The notes under the pieces: model-generated
The model's database searches: none
What the model was told of the DNA's origin: nothing
Seen by the model: only the letters and a program-made list of their open reading frames with translations
In this document: positions 24,558-36,955 of the stretch, piece after piece
How the letters are laid out: the number at the start of each line of letters is the position of its first letter
Position numbering within the stretch: the first letter of the stretch is position 1
Made by a program: the position numbers and the translations under genes
Assembly: GCF_902713615.1 (NCBI RefSeq)
Contig: NC_052162.1
Coordinates: 81,817,240-81,881,239 of the forward strand
Length of the DNA: 64,000 nt
DNA from: Scyliorhinus canicula
Lineage: Eukaryota
Direction: 5' to 3'

Positions 24558-27398
24558 ATGCGCAAAGGAGGCGCCGCATGAGGCCTCGCGTGTGCCGGCA
24601 GCACCTGCCATTCGAGGATTTGCTGGACTGGGTACGCCATTGAAGACTCCGGCTGAGCCAGGGGACAGTGCGAACATATCTGTCAGATCACCGCAGGGGA
24701 ATGGGAGAGGACGCCCACTCACGGTGGCCGTTATGGTGATGGTCGCCTTGAGCTTCTATGCCACGGGGTCCTTACGCCGAGTGGGGACCTGTCCTGGATC
24801 TCACAGAGCTCAGTGCACAGGTGCATCAATGCCATCATGGAGGCCCTGTATGCCCAGTCGACACAATACATCCACTTCAATACAAGTATGGTCCATGGGA
24901 TGATGACAACCCACTCCGCGATGAGCTCTGGTGCTCCGTATCCTTTGTCAGTGTCTGACTCCCGCCCAGGAGAGCACTTTCCACTATCCACCCGGGTGAT
25001 CCCTGCATGCGAGCTGGCCATGCGGTCACAGGGTGCCATCGGATCCCTGGGGTGGCGGAGGTGGTGGTGGTGAGGGGTGGGGGGTGGGGAAGGGGGTTGG
25101 GGGTGGAGACACCCGGAGTGGTTAGCGCTGGCTGAAGTGTGGTCCCTCAGCCATGCCCACCTCCAATATCTGCCCATTTCCCCTCACTGCCCCTGCACCC
25201 ACTCTGCGGCCAGCTCAGACCAGACGAGCCCACCCTACACTCCCTTCTGTCAGAGCATCGAGGCAGGTTGTAACATTGTGCACAGGTGTTTAATGTGAAA
25301 ACATATGTACAGATTTGTGCCCTAGCCCCTATCGCTAAACTGTGCCCTGTCCCCGTGCAAACTTAACTAGTATCTAGTTTTGTGGCCTTACGGGCCCGAA
25401 CGCCACGCTTAGGCGTATCCCACACGGTATATCGGGGTGGAGGCGGCCTGCTGTGATTCACACCCTGTCACCTGGGTCCCCTTTGGCGGCCATTTTCTGG
25501 GGCAACCAGGCCTGGCTGGGCACAGCTGCTGCTGGGCATCCCGGGTGGTGTGGTGCCACCCTGTTCTGCCCGCTGCCCATGTGATGCGGCAGGGACAGGA
25601 GATGGGGAGTCCAAGGTACTGCGCTGTTCCAGCACCTCCCCTGCGAGAGTCACCGGCACAGGGCCCATCACCTCATCCTACCTTGGGTTGCCTGATGGCC
25701 ACTGGGCTACTCAATGGGATGGGAGTGCCCGTCCTGAAGGCCACTGCTGCCTCGGCCAGGGTCTGCATACTGGTGGCCAAGGAGCACAGATAGTAGACCA
25801 CCTCCGTCTGGGACTGCGCCACATCACGCTGTGGCTATGCCACCTCTACCTGCGTCTGTGCGACGTTGGCCAGTGCCTGGGTAATTCCGCCGATGCTCTC
25901 AGCCATGGCCAGCTGTGACTGGATCATGCTGTGAGAGGGCAGCCGTGTACTGGGCCTCGCCCACTGCCTGCACAAAGTTCCCCAGGCCGAAACTCTCGCA
26001 CTCAAGGCGTCCACCCTTACGGTGTTGACCTGGGTGGCACACACGGCCGGCACCACCTCCTGCATGCAATTTGACTCCTTCAACTGCTCCAGGAGGTGTT
26101 GGACGCTTGCCAAAAATCCCTCATATAGTCCATGGCTCTGTGACTGCATATTCACAATCGATGGGACCATCCGTTCCAGAGCCTGAAATCCCTCTGGACG
26201 CTAGCTAGCCCCTGGGGTCGACCTCCCCTCCAACCGTCCGCCTTCTCGGGAGTTCCTCCCTGCACCTGCTGTACCGGGGCATGTGTGTGGCGCGCAGGGA
26301 GCGTCTTCACTAAAGTGCCCAACCGAGGTGAGTGTATCTGGGTTGGTGGAGGGTGTTGGAGACAGCTGTGATGGGAAATCAGTGTCATCCTCGGACTCAA
26401 GCTCCAGGGTGTCCTGGGATTTGGGTGGATGGCTCTCTCCGTGTCGGTGTCGTCCTCATTGCTGGTCAGCATCTGGTGGGTGCGAGGGTGGTGTCGAGGT
26501 GCTGATGGGTCTGAGAATGGTATGGGGGTGTTGTTGGGGGAGGTGACACACATGTCACCGCAACTTAGCGGGTCTCGCTTTCTCGTCTGAAGCGATCTCC
26601 ACGTCGGGACTGCCCTTTCCTCGGGCTCGCCGACCACGTTCAGGGCCCTTTGCTCCACTACAATGAGGGGCCTCAGGTCTGACAGTCCCTCTCCAGTCTT
26701 TCCCTGCTGCCTGTGGTTATGGGCAGCCTTCTCCTGAGGGTGAAAGTGGTGGGGGATGGGGAGGACATACACACAGAAAGTGCAGTGTGAGACCATCCGA
26801 CGCATGCAGGCCAGCGGGTGGGTAGCTGGAAAGGCACCTGGTCGCGACGTGGGTGCCAGCATATGGTGTAGGTTGGGAATTCGGCTGCTCTCTGGGTGAG
26901 GGGGAGGAGTGGGATTGCGGATGTGTGGGGAGAGGGTTGGTGTCAGGGGCACGGTGCTGCCTACTCACCCTGGCTGTCCTGAGGAGGTTGTGTAGTTTCT
27001 TTCAGCACTGCTGGCTGGTCTGGTCAATATTGCTCACAGCGCTGACCACCTCTGCCACCTGCGTCCAGGCACGATGAACAGTGGTGGCTGGCAGTCTCCT
27101 CCATGGCTCTAGCAGGTTCTTGAGGTCGGCGTCCGTGAAACAGGGTGCCCCTTTCCTCGCTGCCATCTTGTTGGCTTGGATGGTGAGTGCGGGAGTGAAG
27201 TGTGTATATGCAGCTGGAGCTTATCAGCCTCCTGCATGCCAATCGCGAATCTGCAAAATCCCGCACCGTTTACCATTGGAATCGATTGTGTTCCACGTGG
27301 CTCCGGTGCTAGCCCCTTAACGGTTATTGAATTGGTCCAGGTGCGGCACCAGTTTTGCTGTCATAGAAGTCCACGAATCCTTCCCCAGCACAAACAAT

Positions 27399-27568
27399 GG
27401 ACGGGATTCTCCGCCAGTGTGATTCTCCGTTATGCCGGCCCTCGGGGATTTCCTGACGGCGTGGGGCTGCCCCACAATGGGAAACCCCATTGACCGGCCG
27501 GTGTTACGGAGAATCCCGCCGGCCGGTCGAGGCAGAAATATGGCGTGGCGGGGTGGAGAATCCAGCCC
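27399..27568. mobile_element. Short MITE nested in the right end of Harbinger 2
   Basis: TIRs GGACGGGATTCTCC / GGAGAATCCAGCCC, AAT TSD. Confidence 0.9.
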
Positions 27569-27855
27569 AATTAGTCTCAGGAATGGAGAATTCTGCTGCG
27601 GGGTCCTGGAGAAGAGATGTTTTTAACTATTAGACTGTCAGATCTAAGTCGAACGTCAGTAAAAATCCAGATTAATACCTTTTGACACTAGTTTGACAAA
27701 TTTGCTAATTAAATAATCCTAATATAGTGCATTGATGAATCTGTAACTAACTTTAATGAAATATTGAAATCCCTTGCTCAATATTTTAATTTCAATTTGT
27801 GGAGCACGTTAAAAAGCAGCACAGAAAGCCCCCAGCATCTTCTGGAGGCCATATT

Positions 27856-28288
27856 TGGGGTGTCGGATCAGCTGGGGTTGGCGCTCCGCCGGCCTTTGGC
27901 GCCACGCCAGCCGGGGCCGAAGGGACTTCGTCGGCCGGCGTAAGTCTGCGCATGCGCCGGTGAGTCAGCGGCTGCTGACGTCATCCCGGCGCATGTGCAG
28001 GGGAGGGGGTCACTTCCGCATCCGCCATGGTGAAGACCATGGCGAAGGCGGAAGGAAAAGAGTGCCCCCACGGCACAGGCACTCCCCGAGGCCAGATCGC
28101 CCCCCACAGGATCCCGGAGCCTGCCCACGCCGCCTGCTCCCGCAAGTTAGGTAGGTGGTGTGATTCCCGCCAGCGGGAGAGGCTCGACAGCGGTGGGACT
28201 TTGGCCCATCTCGGGCCGGAGAATCGCTGGGGGGGGGGGGGGGGGGGGGGGGTGGGGCGGCCCGGCGGGGGGTCGGAGAATCCCACCC
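27856..28288. mobile_element. Harbinger-type MITE (left TIR missing)
   Basis: Right TIR GGAGAATCCCACCC, CpG-rich body. Confidence 0.7.
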
Positions 28289-28559
28289 ATTGTATTTGTT
28301 GCCATTGTTGATGTTGTTTGCTGGTGGGTGTAAATTTGGATGAAAGTGTGAAAAAGGAGGAGAATAAAAATATTTATAAAAAAAAAGAAAGCCCCCAGCA
28401 AAGCATTGAAAGGGAAAAAAAAACAATACTTAAATAAACATGAGGGCAGCAGAGACGCAGGGAACTTTCTGGAAATCTCAAATATATATACTTTTGGAAA
28501 TGCTGACACATTACCTGAATTGCAACAGCAGGCGACTGGGCAGAGCAACTAGCTAGCTA

Positions 28560-30310
28560 TGAATGAAGGAAAACAATCAAATAAAACCTAAATAAACAAA
28601 ACCTGCAAAAGGAAAATGAAATAGGATTGGATAACGTTCATATCAGATTTGAATAAAAGATTTAATACTCAAGGTTCAAGCTGAATATATACCTTGAAGA
28701 TGCATGATGCACTAATGTCGACAATAAAACAAACTTTTCACGATCAGAACAAACATAATTTTGAAGTGTCACAGAGGTACGAGAAAGAGACGACAGAGTT
28801 GAAGAAAATGGTTGGACATTTGGAAGAAAACTTAGAAAAAACATTAGGCTGGATTCTTTGTTTCAGTGGCCAAGTGCCAGCTCAAATGAAGAATTTGCGG
28901 GCGTTTTACAATGCCAAAATCGGCACCGAATCCTCACCGATTCCAGGACCAGTGAGGGGCTAACTCCTCGCGCTCCCGGCTTCCGCACTGAAAATGGCTG
29001 GAGAAATGCCGGGTCCCTGGCCGTGCATGCGAATGCCGATGACCTACAGCCTTACAACATGGACCCGACTCGCCATCCGTGGCTCCACAGGCAATTCCCT
29101 TGCCATCCCCTGGCCAGCCCCCACCAGTCCCCCCAGCCCTCGTAGAAGCCAACACGGCCAGCAGCATGGATCCTGGTCAAGTGTGGTGGAACTGGACACA
29201 GTTCGCAGCCGCCACACCAGATTCCCGACCGCCAAGGCCAAAAATCAACCGCAGACAGGAACTCAGCCTATCAGGGGGTGGAGCATCCCAAGAAAGATTG
29301 CCGATGACGCGCTAACGACGTTGCAACGGCATGGGGCGCATGACACGATTACACCACTTCCGAGGGGGGCGGAGCATGGCAGACGGGCATCAAACTGGCG
29401 CCGGCGATTTGGGTGTCGGAGTGGATTCTCCGCCCGATCGCCAATTATGATATCGGCGATAATGGAGAATCCCGCCCATTGCATTTCCAAGCAGCTGTAT
29501 TAAGAGATGCAATTACGAACCTGGAATGGCAAGAGAAAGTAGACATTGTCACAAAAAAGCGTGAGGAGTCTCAAAAACAATTAGCAGAAGCATAATTACA
29601 GAACGTAAGCTTGAACAATAGCACAGAGGAATTACACCTTGTCAAGGAGAAAGTGATCGGTGTTGAGAATGCACTTTTCCGTATGAAGGATGCATTTGAT
29701 AAGGAAAAATTAGAACTAATGAGAACATTGGAATGCCATTAACAGGAAGTAGAACACTTGACAGAGGGCCTGAAACACAACTGATGAACTTGCAGTACAA
29801 ATTCAAGAACATTGGATCTTCAATTAAAACTTGATGTAAGCATCACGCAAGATGCTGGGAACAGGAGAAGGAATTGTTATTTAATTAGAACAGTTGCTTG
29901 AAAGCAGAATTAACAAGCAAAATTGATGAAATTCTTGAAAGACGCTCCGATCTGAACAACATGAAGGATGTGATGTGCATACGGAGGAGCAAATCCATAC
30001 TTTAAAAGCAGAAAAGGTGAATTCTACAGAACAGATTAAAGGTCTAATGAACAGTCAGTAACCATGGAAGTGAGATTCCAAAGAGAAATGAAGTTGTTAA
30101 ATGTATACAAGAGTCCCACAGTAAGGCTGAAGCAGAAACAACTCAAATTACCATAGTCGTTGCTGAGCTGGATGAAAAATTCAGCTCAAAAAAGATGCAA
30201 GTCATTAAATATTTAGCTAAAATTCTGAAATAAGTGGGAATGAAGGTTTTATTGTTGAAATATGAACTTTCATATGCATCGTAACAAGCTGCAGGATAAA
30301 CGAAGAAAGA
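28560..30310 (+). pseudogene. Intronless decayed coiled-coil ORF, CCDC158-like, split by a MITE
   Basis: Removing MITE 28846-29477 plus one ATT joins ...HLEENLEKT to LHFQAAVLRDAITNLEWQEK... in frame. Helical E/K/L-rich frames continue to about 30300 with stops and frameshifts. Family assignment is from memory only. Confidence 0.6.
28846..29477. mobile_element. Harbinger-type MITE
   Basis: TIRs AGGCTGGATTCTTT / GGAGAATCCCGCCC, ATT TSD. Confidence 0.9.
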
Positions 30311-30334
30311 GGGAAAAACACTATGGGGATGAGT

Positions 30335-31038
30335 GGGCGCGATTCTCCCAAACAGGGAGAAATCGTAAGGCTGGCGTCAAAAACGGGCGAGTTTGACGCC
30401 AGCCTCCCCCTCCCCGACCGGGAACCGATTCTGGTCCCCGGTCGGGGCTAGCATGCCGCGGCCGTGAACTCCGGCATCGCGGGCTTCACGAATTTCGTTA
30501 AGCCCGCTTGCCAGAGTTTGCGACGGCTGACGCGTCACATGACGTCAGCCTTGCATGCGCGGATGACGTCATCGCGCATTTGCGCGAAACCCGCGCATGC
30601 GCAGGCCGGGATGCCCCTCAGCCGCCCCACGAATTGATACAGCGGGGCGGCGGAAGGACAAAGAGTGCGCAGGAATCGGACCCGCTGCCCGCGATCGGTG
30701 CCCACCGATCGAGGGCCCATGGCACCTTTGGCACGGCCGTGGTACTGCCGTGCCAATCGGTGCCATGGTTGCCAAGATCCGAACTTTACGGCCGATTTTA
30801 CAAACGGCCAGACCAGGTGTGTTTGCCGTTCGTAAAAACGGCCGTAAAGGGCTTGGACTTCGGCCCATCGGCTAGCTGAGAATCGCTGCTCGCCGTAAAA
30901 AAACGGCGGCAGCGATTCGTGTCGGGAGTCGGACGTGGGGGAGGGGAGAATAGCGGGAGGGCGTCAGACTAGCGTGGCCGTAAAAATTTACGACCCCCGC
31001 TATTCTCCGCACCGTCGTGAGTGCGGAGAATTTCGCCC
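30335..31038. mobile_element. Young CpG-rich Harbinger-type MITE
   Basis: TIRs GGGCGCGATTCTCC / GGAGAATTTCGCCC, AGT TSD. Confidence 0.92.
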
Positions 31039-31120
31039 AGTGTTTGTGTCCCCTGGAAAAAAATTGATAAATATACAACCACCTATCACTACAACATCCG
31101 AATCAACAAAGTGGATTCTT

Positions 31121-31320
31121 GGGCGGGGAATCCACTCCGACACCCAAATCGGGGCCGGCGCCGGTTTGATGCCGTTCAGCCATGCTCCGCCACCCCCCCC
31201 CCCCCCTCGGAAGTGGTGTAATCATGTCATGCGTCCCATGCCATTGCAACGGCATTGGCACGTCATCGGCAATCTCTCTTGGGATGCTCCACCCCCGAGA
31301 GGCAGAGTTCCTGTCTGCGG
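31121..31320. mobile_element. MITE fragment (20840 family)
   Basis: CCGACACCCAAATCGGGG...GGTTTGATGCC matches 20900-21040. Confidence 0.7.
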
Positions 31321-31321
31321 T

Positions 31322-31720
31322 TGATGTTGGACTAGGTCAAGTCCAAGGAATGGAGAAAGATTCCGAGGTGCCAGACAACCTCGGCTTCAACAGAGTTTAT
31401 CTGAAGCGACAGATAATTGCGATCAAGATATGGAACAGTATAAGACCTACAAACCACCCGTAACTATGAACTCAGAGACTTGAAAGGGGGTAGCAATAAT
31501 GAGGTGCATTAGAATAACTTGAAATACATTGGTAAGTATTTGGGGTAGGCATAGCAAAAGGGTCTGGCACAAATAAGATTACCATGGGATAGTACCACCC
31601 AAACAGTGAAATTTAGAGAACACATGACTGACACCTAGGGGTCAGAGCCGTGTGCACAAGCAAATATGGAGACAGCTCCGAGCTTGAATGATTATTTAAT
31701 TAATACAGTTAACTTACTTA
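31322..31720 (-). mobile_element. Possible LTR fragment
   Basis: Minus strand ends ...CCAACATCA after an AGATAAA signal. No TSD. Confidence 0.3.
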
Positions 31721-31727
31721 AAACTAA

Positions 31728-31928
31728 GGCCTGAATTGTCCACACACGCCTCCCCGTGGCAGATTTTCCAGTGGCGGAGGCAGATTGCCATTGGATCTTC
31801 AAGTCCCACCGAGGCAATGGCCATTTGTGTTCCTTGCTGGCTGTGCCATCGGTGAACCCTAGGTGGGATATTGCCCAGGGCAGAACTGGAAAATCCTCAT
31901 TGGCGAGTTAGGCCAGAAAATCCAAGCC
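31728..31928. mobile_element. Short old MITE
   Basis: GGCCTGAATTGTC / GAAAATCCAAGCC ends, TAA TSD. Confidence 0.7.
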
Positions 31929-32498
31929 TAAGAAGACTTCATTAAGGCATGCCGGATGATATCCAACTCGGAACTCTACCTCTGTGCAACCCACAAAAAA
32001 TGTACCTTGTGGAATCAGTAAGAAGGGTAATGTCAAGAAACATTATAATTCACCTGGGGGGGGACACACCTTGACAAATTGTTATGTTGTTAAGTTCCCT
32101 TTTCTTTGAAAGGCAAACAAATGTATTGTTTAGCACCACTTCCACATCTTGCCCATTAGTGTGTTCAGAGTGTAAACCTACTTGTTACATAATGAATATT
32201 GTAATGAACTCCAATTGGCTTTATTGGTTGGCCAATTGGAGTATGAGCTCCCTCAATGATAGCTCATTGAGGGGACCCATATAATCACCTGTGTAGGCTT
32301 TGTGAGTCAGTCTTAGGTTGACTGGACTGCTAGCAGCACTGTTTGTAGCTGCTACTGTAATATCGTTATTGTTAATAAATATTGGTGTGGTGACGGAACT
32401 CCTGCCTCCCGTGGATTACTACAGTGGCGACGAGGTAAACTACGAATTTTGCGGAGACCAGCTGCCGCACTCGGAGGGTAAGCCTTGCCATTTTAAAA

Positions 32499-33300
32499 AT
32501 GCCGATTTTTGGGAGGTTAGAGGCATTCGACCCGGCTATTGAGGACTGGTCCCAGTATGTGGAGAGAATGTGTTACTTCTTCTGGGCAAATGATATACTG
32601 ACAGATGAAAGGAGACGGCTTATCCTGCTGTCAGCGTGTAGACCCTGCGCTTTCGCCATTATACGTAGTCTGACTTATCCCAATGCGCCGGACACGAAAA
32701 CTTTCCAAGAAGTAACGGAATTGGTGAAAGAGCACTACGACCCAAAACCACCCCTCATTTTGCGTAGGTACAGATTCTACACAGTGAAGCGGGAAGACAG
32801 GGAGTCAGTCACGAATTTCTTGACCCGCCTGAGAAGGCTAGCGGAAAAATGTGAGTTCGGCCCGACGCTAAATGAAATGCTTCGGGACCGGTTAGTGTGT
32901 GGTATAAACGACCTCACAATACACAATTCCGCCTGTTGGCGGAAACGGAGCTAGACTGCAGGCAGGCGTTACAGCTCGCACTGTCCCTAGAAAAGGCAGC
33001 AAGTGGGGCACAGGAACTACAGGGCATGCCAATGGAGGTAGATACCTGTAAGAGGGACTACCACAATGGGTCCTGCTACCAGATAGCCGCTCTCAGGAAA
33101 AACCTGAGGAATGGAGGGAAAAAGGAAAACCCCAGAACTGCCCCCAAGTCTGCCAGGACTAACTGGAGACAGAGGGAAGTACCGGCTGAGGTTCCTCCAA
33201 CAGAGAAGGAGTGTTTCTGGCACCAGACAGAGTGGGGTAACAATGACAGAAACCCTAGAAGGAGGTGGCAAAAGAGGAATAGCAGGTGGGACGCAGGGAA
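32499..33300 (+). pseudogene. gag: gag, frameshifted near 32920
   Basis: FDPAIEDWSQYVERMCYFF...RYRFYTVKREDRESVTNFLTRLRRLAEKCEFG...MLRDRLVCGIND, continuing as RLLAETELD in another frame. Confidence 0.9.
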
Positions 33301-36250
33301 GTACACAACCTAGACGCCCCATCCTCCTCCGAAGAGGAACAATTATATAATATTACAACGAAGAAAGCAGAACCCATTAGGATTACCCCAAGGGTGAACG
33401 GACGGCCAACAATAATGGAAATAGACACGGGTGCGGCCGTATCAGTAATGGGAGTGGCAGCATTTAGAAAAATCAAAGATGGACTCCAGCCACTAACCCT
33501 AACAAAAACATCGACGAAACTTAAAACCTACACAGGGGAACCCCTGGAAGTTCTAGGCACGACTCATGTACCTGTGGAATATGAGAAACAATTGCTCAGA
33601 TTACCGTTGATGATGGTAGAGGGCTCCGGGCCGAGCTTAATTAGACGGAACTGGCTGAAAGACCTAAAATTAGATTGGACAAAAGTTTTCCAGAGTGGAA
33701 GCGGGCAGTTGAGTGGAGTACTCCAAAAATACCCGGGGGTCTTCCAGGAAGGTTTTGTGGAAATCATAAGCGCCAAAGCAACTTTGCACGTGGACCCAGA
33801 AGCCCTTCCGAAATTTTGTAAGACCAGGCCGGTACCTTTTGCATTAAGGAAGAAAGTAGATGACGAAATAGAAAGGTTACGGCACGACGGCATTATCAGA
33901 CCAGTACAATTCTCGGAATGGGCAGCGTTGGTGGTACCAATTTTGAAGCCAGACAGCTCGATACGTCTCTGTGGAGATTTCAAACAGACAGTAAACAAAT
34001 ACGCACTGCTGGACAAATACCCAATCCCGAAAATAGATGACCTATATGCCAAATTGGCAGGTGGGCTTTTATTCACGAAACTAGACATGAGCCACGCCTA
34101 CCTGCAGTTAAAACTGGACAAGGGCTCCCAGAAGTTCGCAACGATCAACACCCTGAAGGGCCTTTTTCGTTATACTAGGCTACCTTTTGGAGTGTCATCA
34201 GCCTGCGCTATATTCCAGCGTACAATGGAAAATATTCTGCAGGGACTACCGCACGTGGCGATTTATTTGGACGATGCCTTAATCACGGGTAGGACAAACA
34301 GGGAACACCGAGCATTTGGGGACATTAAGGAACAGCTGTCATCCGAAAATGTCCTAGAGCATTATGACCCAAGGAAGGAGTTGGTGGTCACTTGTGACGC
34401 ATCCCCCTATGGGGTAGGAGCTGTCTTAGCCCATAGAGGAAGGAATGGGGAAGAACGGCCAATAGCCTATGCTTCGAGGACCTTGGCGATGGCTGAGAGG
34501 AAGTACGCCCAAATCGAGAAGGAAGGACTGGCGGTGATATTCGCAGTAAAAAGATTTCACCAGTATCTGTACGAGCGGAAATTCACCATAGTGACGGACC
34601 ATAAGCCGTTATTAGGGTTATTAAAAGAAGACAAGTCAATACCCCCAATTGCATCAGCTAAAATCCAACGCTGGGCGTTGCTACTGGCGGCATATAGATA
34701 CGTTCTGGAGCACAGACCGGGAACGTGAGTAGCACATGCAGATGCTTTGAGCAGACTTCCCCTCCCGGACACTCCGCCGCAAATACCAAAAGTAGAGGAG
34801 ACAGTAATGACTCTAAATGTTTTGGACACCCTACCAGTGGACGCACAACATATTCGGTTGTGGACTCAAAAAGACCCAGTTTTAGCCAAGATGAAGCATT
34901 TATTGCTAACAGGGGAACTGGAAAGACCAGTGGAGCCCCAGATCACCCATGCTGGAGCAGAAGGGACCAAATAACCATAGAAGACGGTATCCTATTATGG
35001 GGAGCCCGGTTAATCGTCCCAGCTCAGGGCCGTCAAGCAATCTTAACTGAGTTACATCACGGACACCCAGGGGTATCTAAAATGAAGATGCTAGTTCAAA
35101 GCTACATTTGGTGGCCAGGTTTGGACACAGACATAGCAGCCTTGGTATGTCGGTGCCAGGAGTGCCAACAGGGGCAAAGAGTGCCACCAGCGGCACCATT
35201 GCACCCGTGGGAATGGCCAGGCAGACCGTGGACCCGCCTGCATATTGACCACGCCGGCCCTTTCATGGGCTCAATGTTTTTGGTGATAGTGGACGCCCAC
35301 TCCAAATGGTTGGACGTCCACCGGGTAAACACGGCAAGCACAGCATCGACAATTGAAACACTCAGGGCCTCGTTTGCAACACATGGACTGCCGGAGGTAT
35401 TGGTGTCGGACAACGGAACGGGATTCACAAGTGGGGAATTTGGAAAATTCCTGAAGGAAAATGGAGTCCGTCACATCAAAACGGCCACTTACCATCCAGC
35501 GACCAACGCTCTGGCAGAGAGAGCGGTCCAGACACTTAAAGCGGGACTCAAGAAGCAGCCGGCAGCGTCAATAGATGCAAAGCTCTCCTGCTGGCTGTTT
35601 GATTACAGGACCACACCGCATTCCACAACGGGCATACCGCCAGCTGAACTCTTAATGGGAAGGTGGCCGCGAACGAGGCTGTCTCCTTTTCCAAAATTTA
35701 ACGGGGAAAGTGGAGAAACAGCAGGAGGCCCAATGCAGGGGGCATGATAATAGTTGGCAGCAGAGACATTTCCAGGTGGGGGCACCGGTTTGGGTCAAGA
35801 ATTATGGGAATGGACCAACGTGGGTCAAAGGCACGGTAGAGTCCCAAACAGGGCCCATATCCTATGAGGTTTCAATTGGAGGTAAGGTACTGAAGAAACA
35901 CCTAGACCAAATAAGGGCAGCGGAACCACACCTGGAGGCAGGCGAAGCAGGACCGCCTCAAGGTGGGATAGCCCAGACGGAAAGGATACCCACACCCCAA
36001 CCCCGAGCAATTTCTCCAGACCCCGTCATCCAGTCATCAGAGTCAGAGATGGACACACTCGACGAGGCCGCAGCAACACCTCTCCCCGAGGAGGAGGACG
36101 AACAACTTCCAAGGAGGTCGTTAAGGTACATCCCGCCCACTTCGGAGAACGACCCGGCGGACGACACAGAGGTGACAGACCCAGACATGAGGAGCAGGAA
36201 GAAGCTCAGAGGAATGCCAACTGGCAGGAATTCCTCGGACTTTGGGGGGG
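33286..36250 (+). pseudogene. pol: pol (PR-RT-RNase H-IN), disabled
   Basis: PR EIDTGA; RT LPFG and YLDD; RNase H CDAS, EKEGLA, TDHKPL; IN HHGHPG...CQECQ, HIDHAGP, VSDNG, AERAVQT. Stop at 34726, frameshifts, internal RT deletion. Confidence 0.95.
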
Positions 36251-36527
36251 AGGGGTGTAATGAACTCCAATTGGCTTTATTGTTTGGCCAATTGGAGTAT
36301 GAGCTCCCTCAATGAGCTATCATTGAGGGGCCCATATGATCACCTGTGTAGGCTTTGTGAGTCAGTCTTAAGTTGACTGGACTGCTAGCAGGACTGTTTG
36401 TAGCTGCTCCTGTAATATCGTTATTGTTAATAAATATTGGTGTGGTGACGGAACTCCTGCCTCCTGTGGATTACTACAAATATCAATCCATGACAGGGCA
36501 GATATGCAATGGGTAAATGGATGGCTG

Positions 36528-36955
36528 AAAAGAAAGAAGGGTTTGCATTTCTATTGACAGTTTTAATAATACATTACAGCCACATATGTAGTTTAAAGCG
36601 TAGTCACTGTTGTAATGTAAGAGGTTCAGCAGTATATTTCTGCAGAGAAAACTCCCACAAACAGGAATGCGATAATGACCAAATAACTTGTTTTTGGTCA
36701 TTGTGATTGAGGATAAATGTTGACCAGGACACCAGGGAATATTCCCCTGCCCGTCCTCAAAATAGTTCTGTGGGATTTTACATCTACCTGAGAGTATAGG
36801 TGGCTTAGATTAAGTACTCAAGCAAAAGACATTGCAGCCATCCGTCATACTATCCTGGAATGTCAGTCTCGATGTTAATGCTGAAATCAATGGAGTGGGA
36901 CTTGAACCCAAAGCCTTCTGGCTTCGAGCTGGGAGAGCTACCCACCTGGCCATAG
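36528..36955 (-). mobile_element. DeuSINE (SacSINE1/AmnSINE1-like)
   Basis: Minus strand GGGTTCAAGTCCCACTCC head, GGTGTCCTGGTCAACATTTATCCTCAA Deu-like core, TTACAACAGTGACTAC, L2-like tail. Confidence 0.8.

Larger units (their letters stand above)
23350..27598. mobile_element. Harbinger/PIF transposon 2 (defective)
   Basis: TIR-like ends. Transposase remnant (+) VALSFYATGS..SGDLSWISQSSVHRCINAIMEALYAQ at 24740-24890. Myb gene (-) from ATG 27166 MAARKGAPCFTDADLKNLL, with GTGAGT donor near 26968 and coiled-coil tail at 25700-26170. Confidence 0.85.
32200..36478 (+). mobile_element. Full-length defective Gypsy (Mag-like) LTR retrotransposon
   Basis: LTRs 32200-32423 and 36256-36478 (TG...CA), 5-bp TSD AATAT, PBS TGGCGACGAGG at 32425 (complementary to the tRNA-Ser(GCU) 3' end), PPT GGGGGGGAGGGG at 36244-36255. 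Confidence 0.97.
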
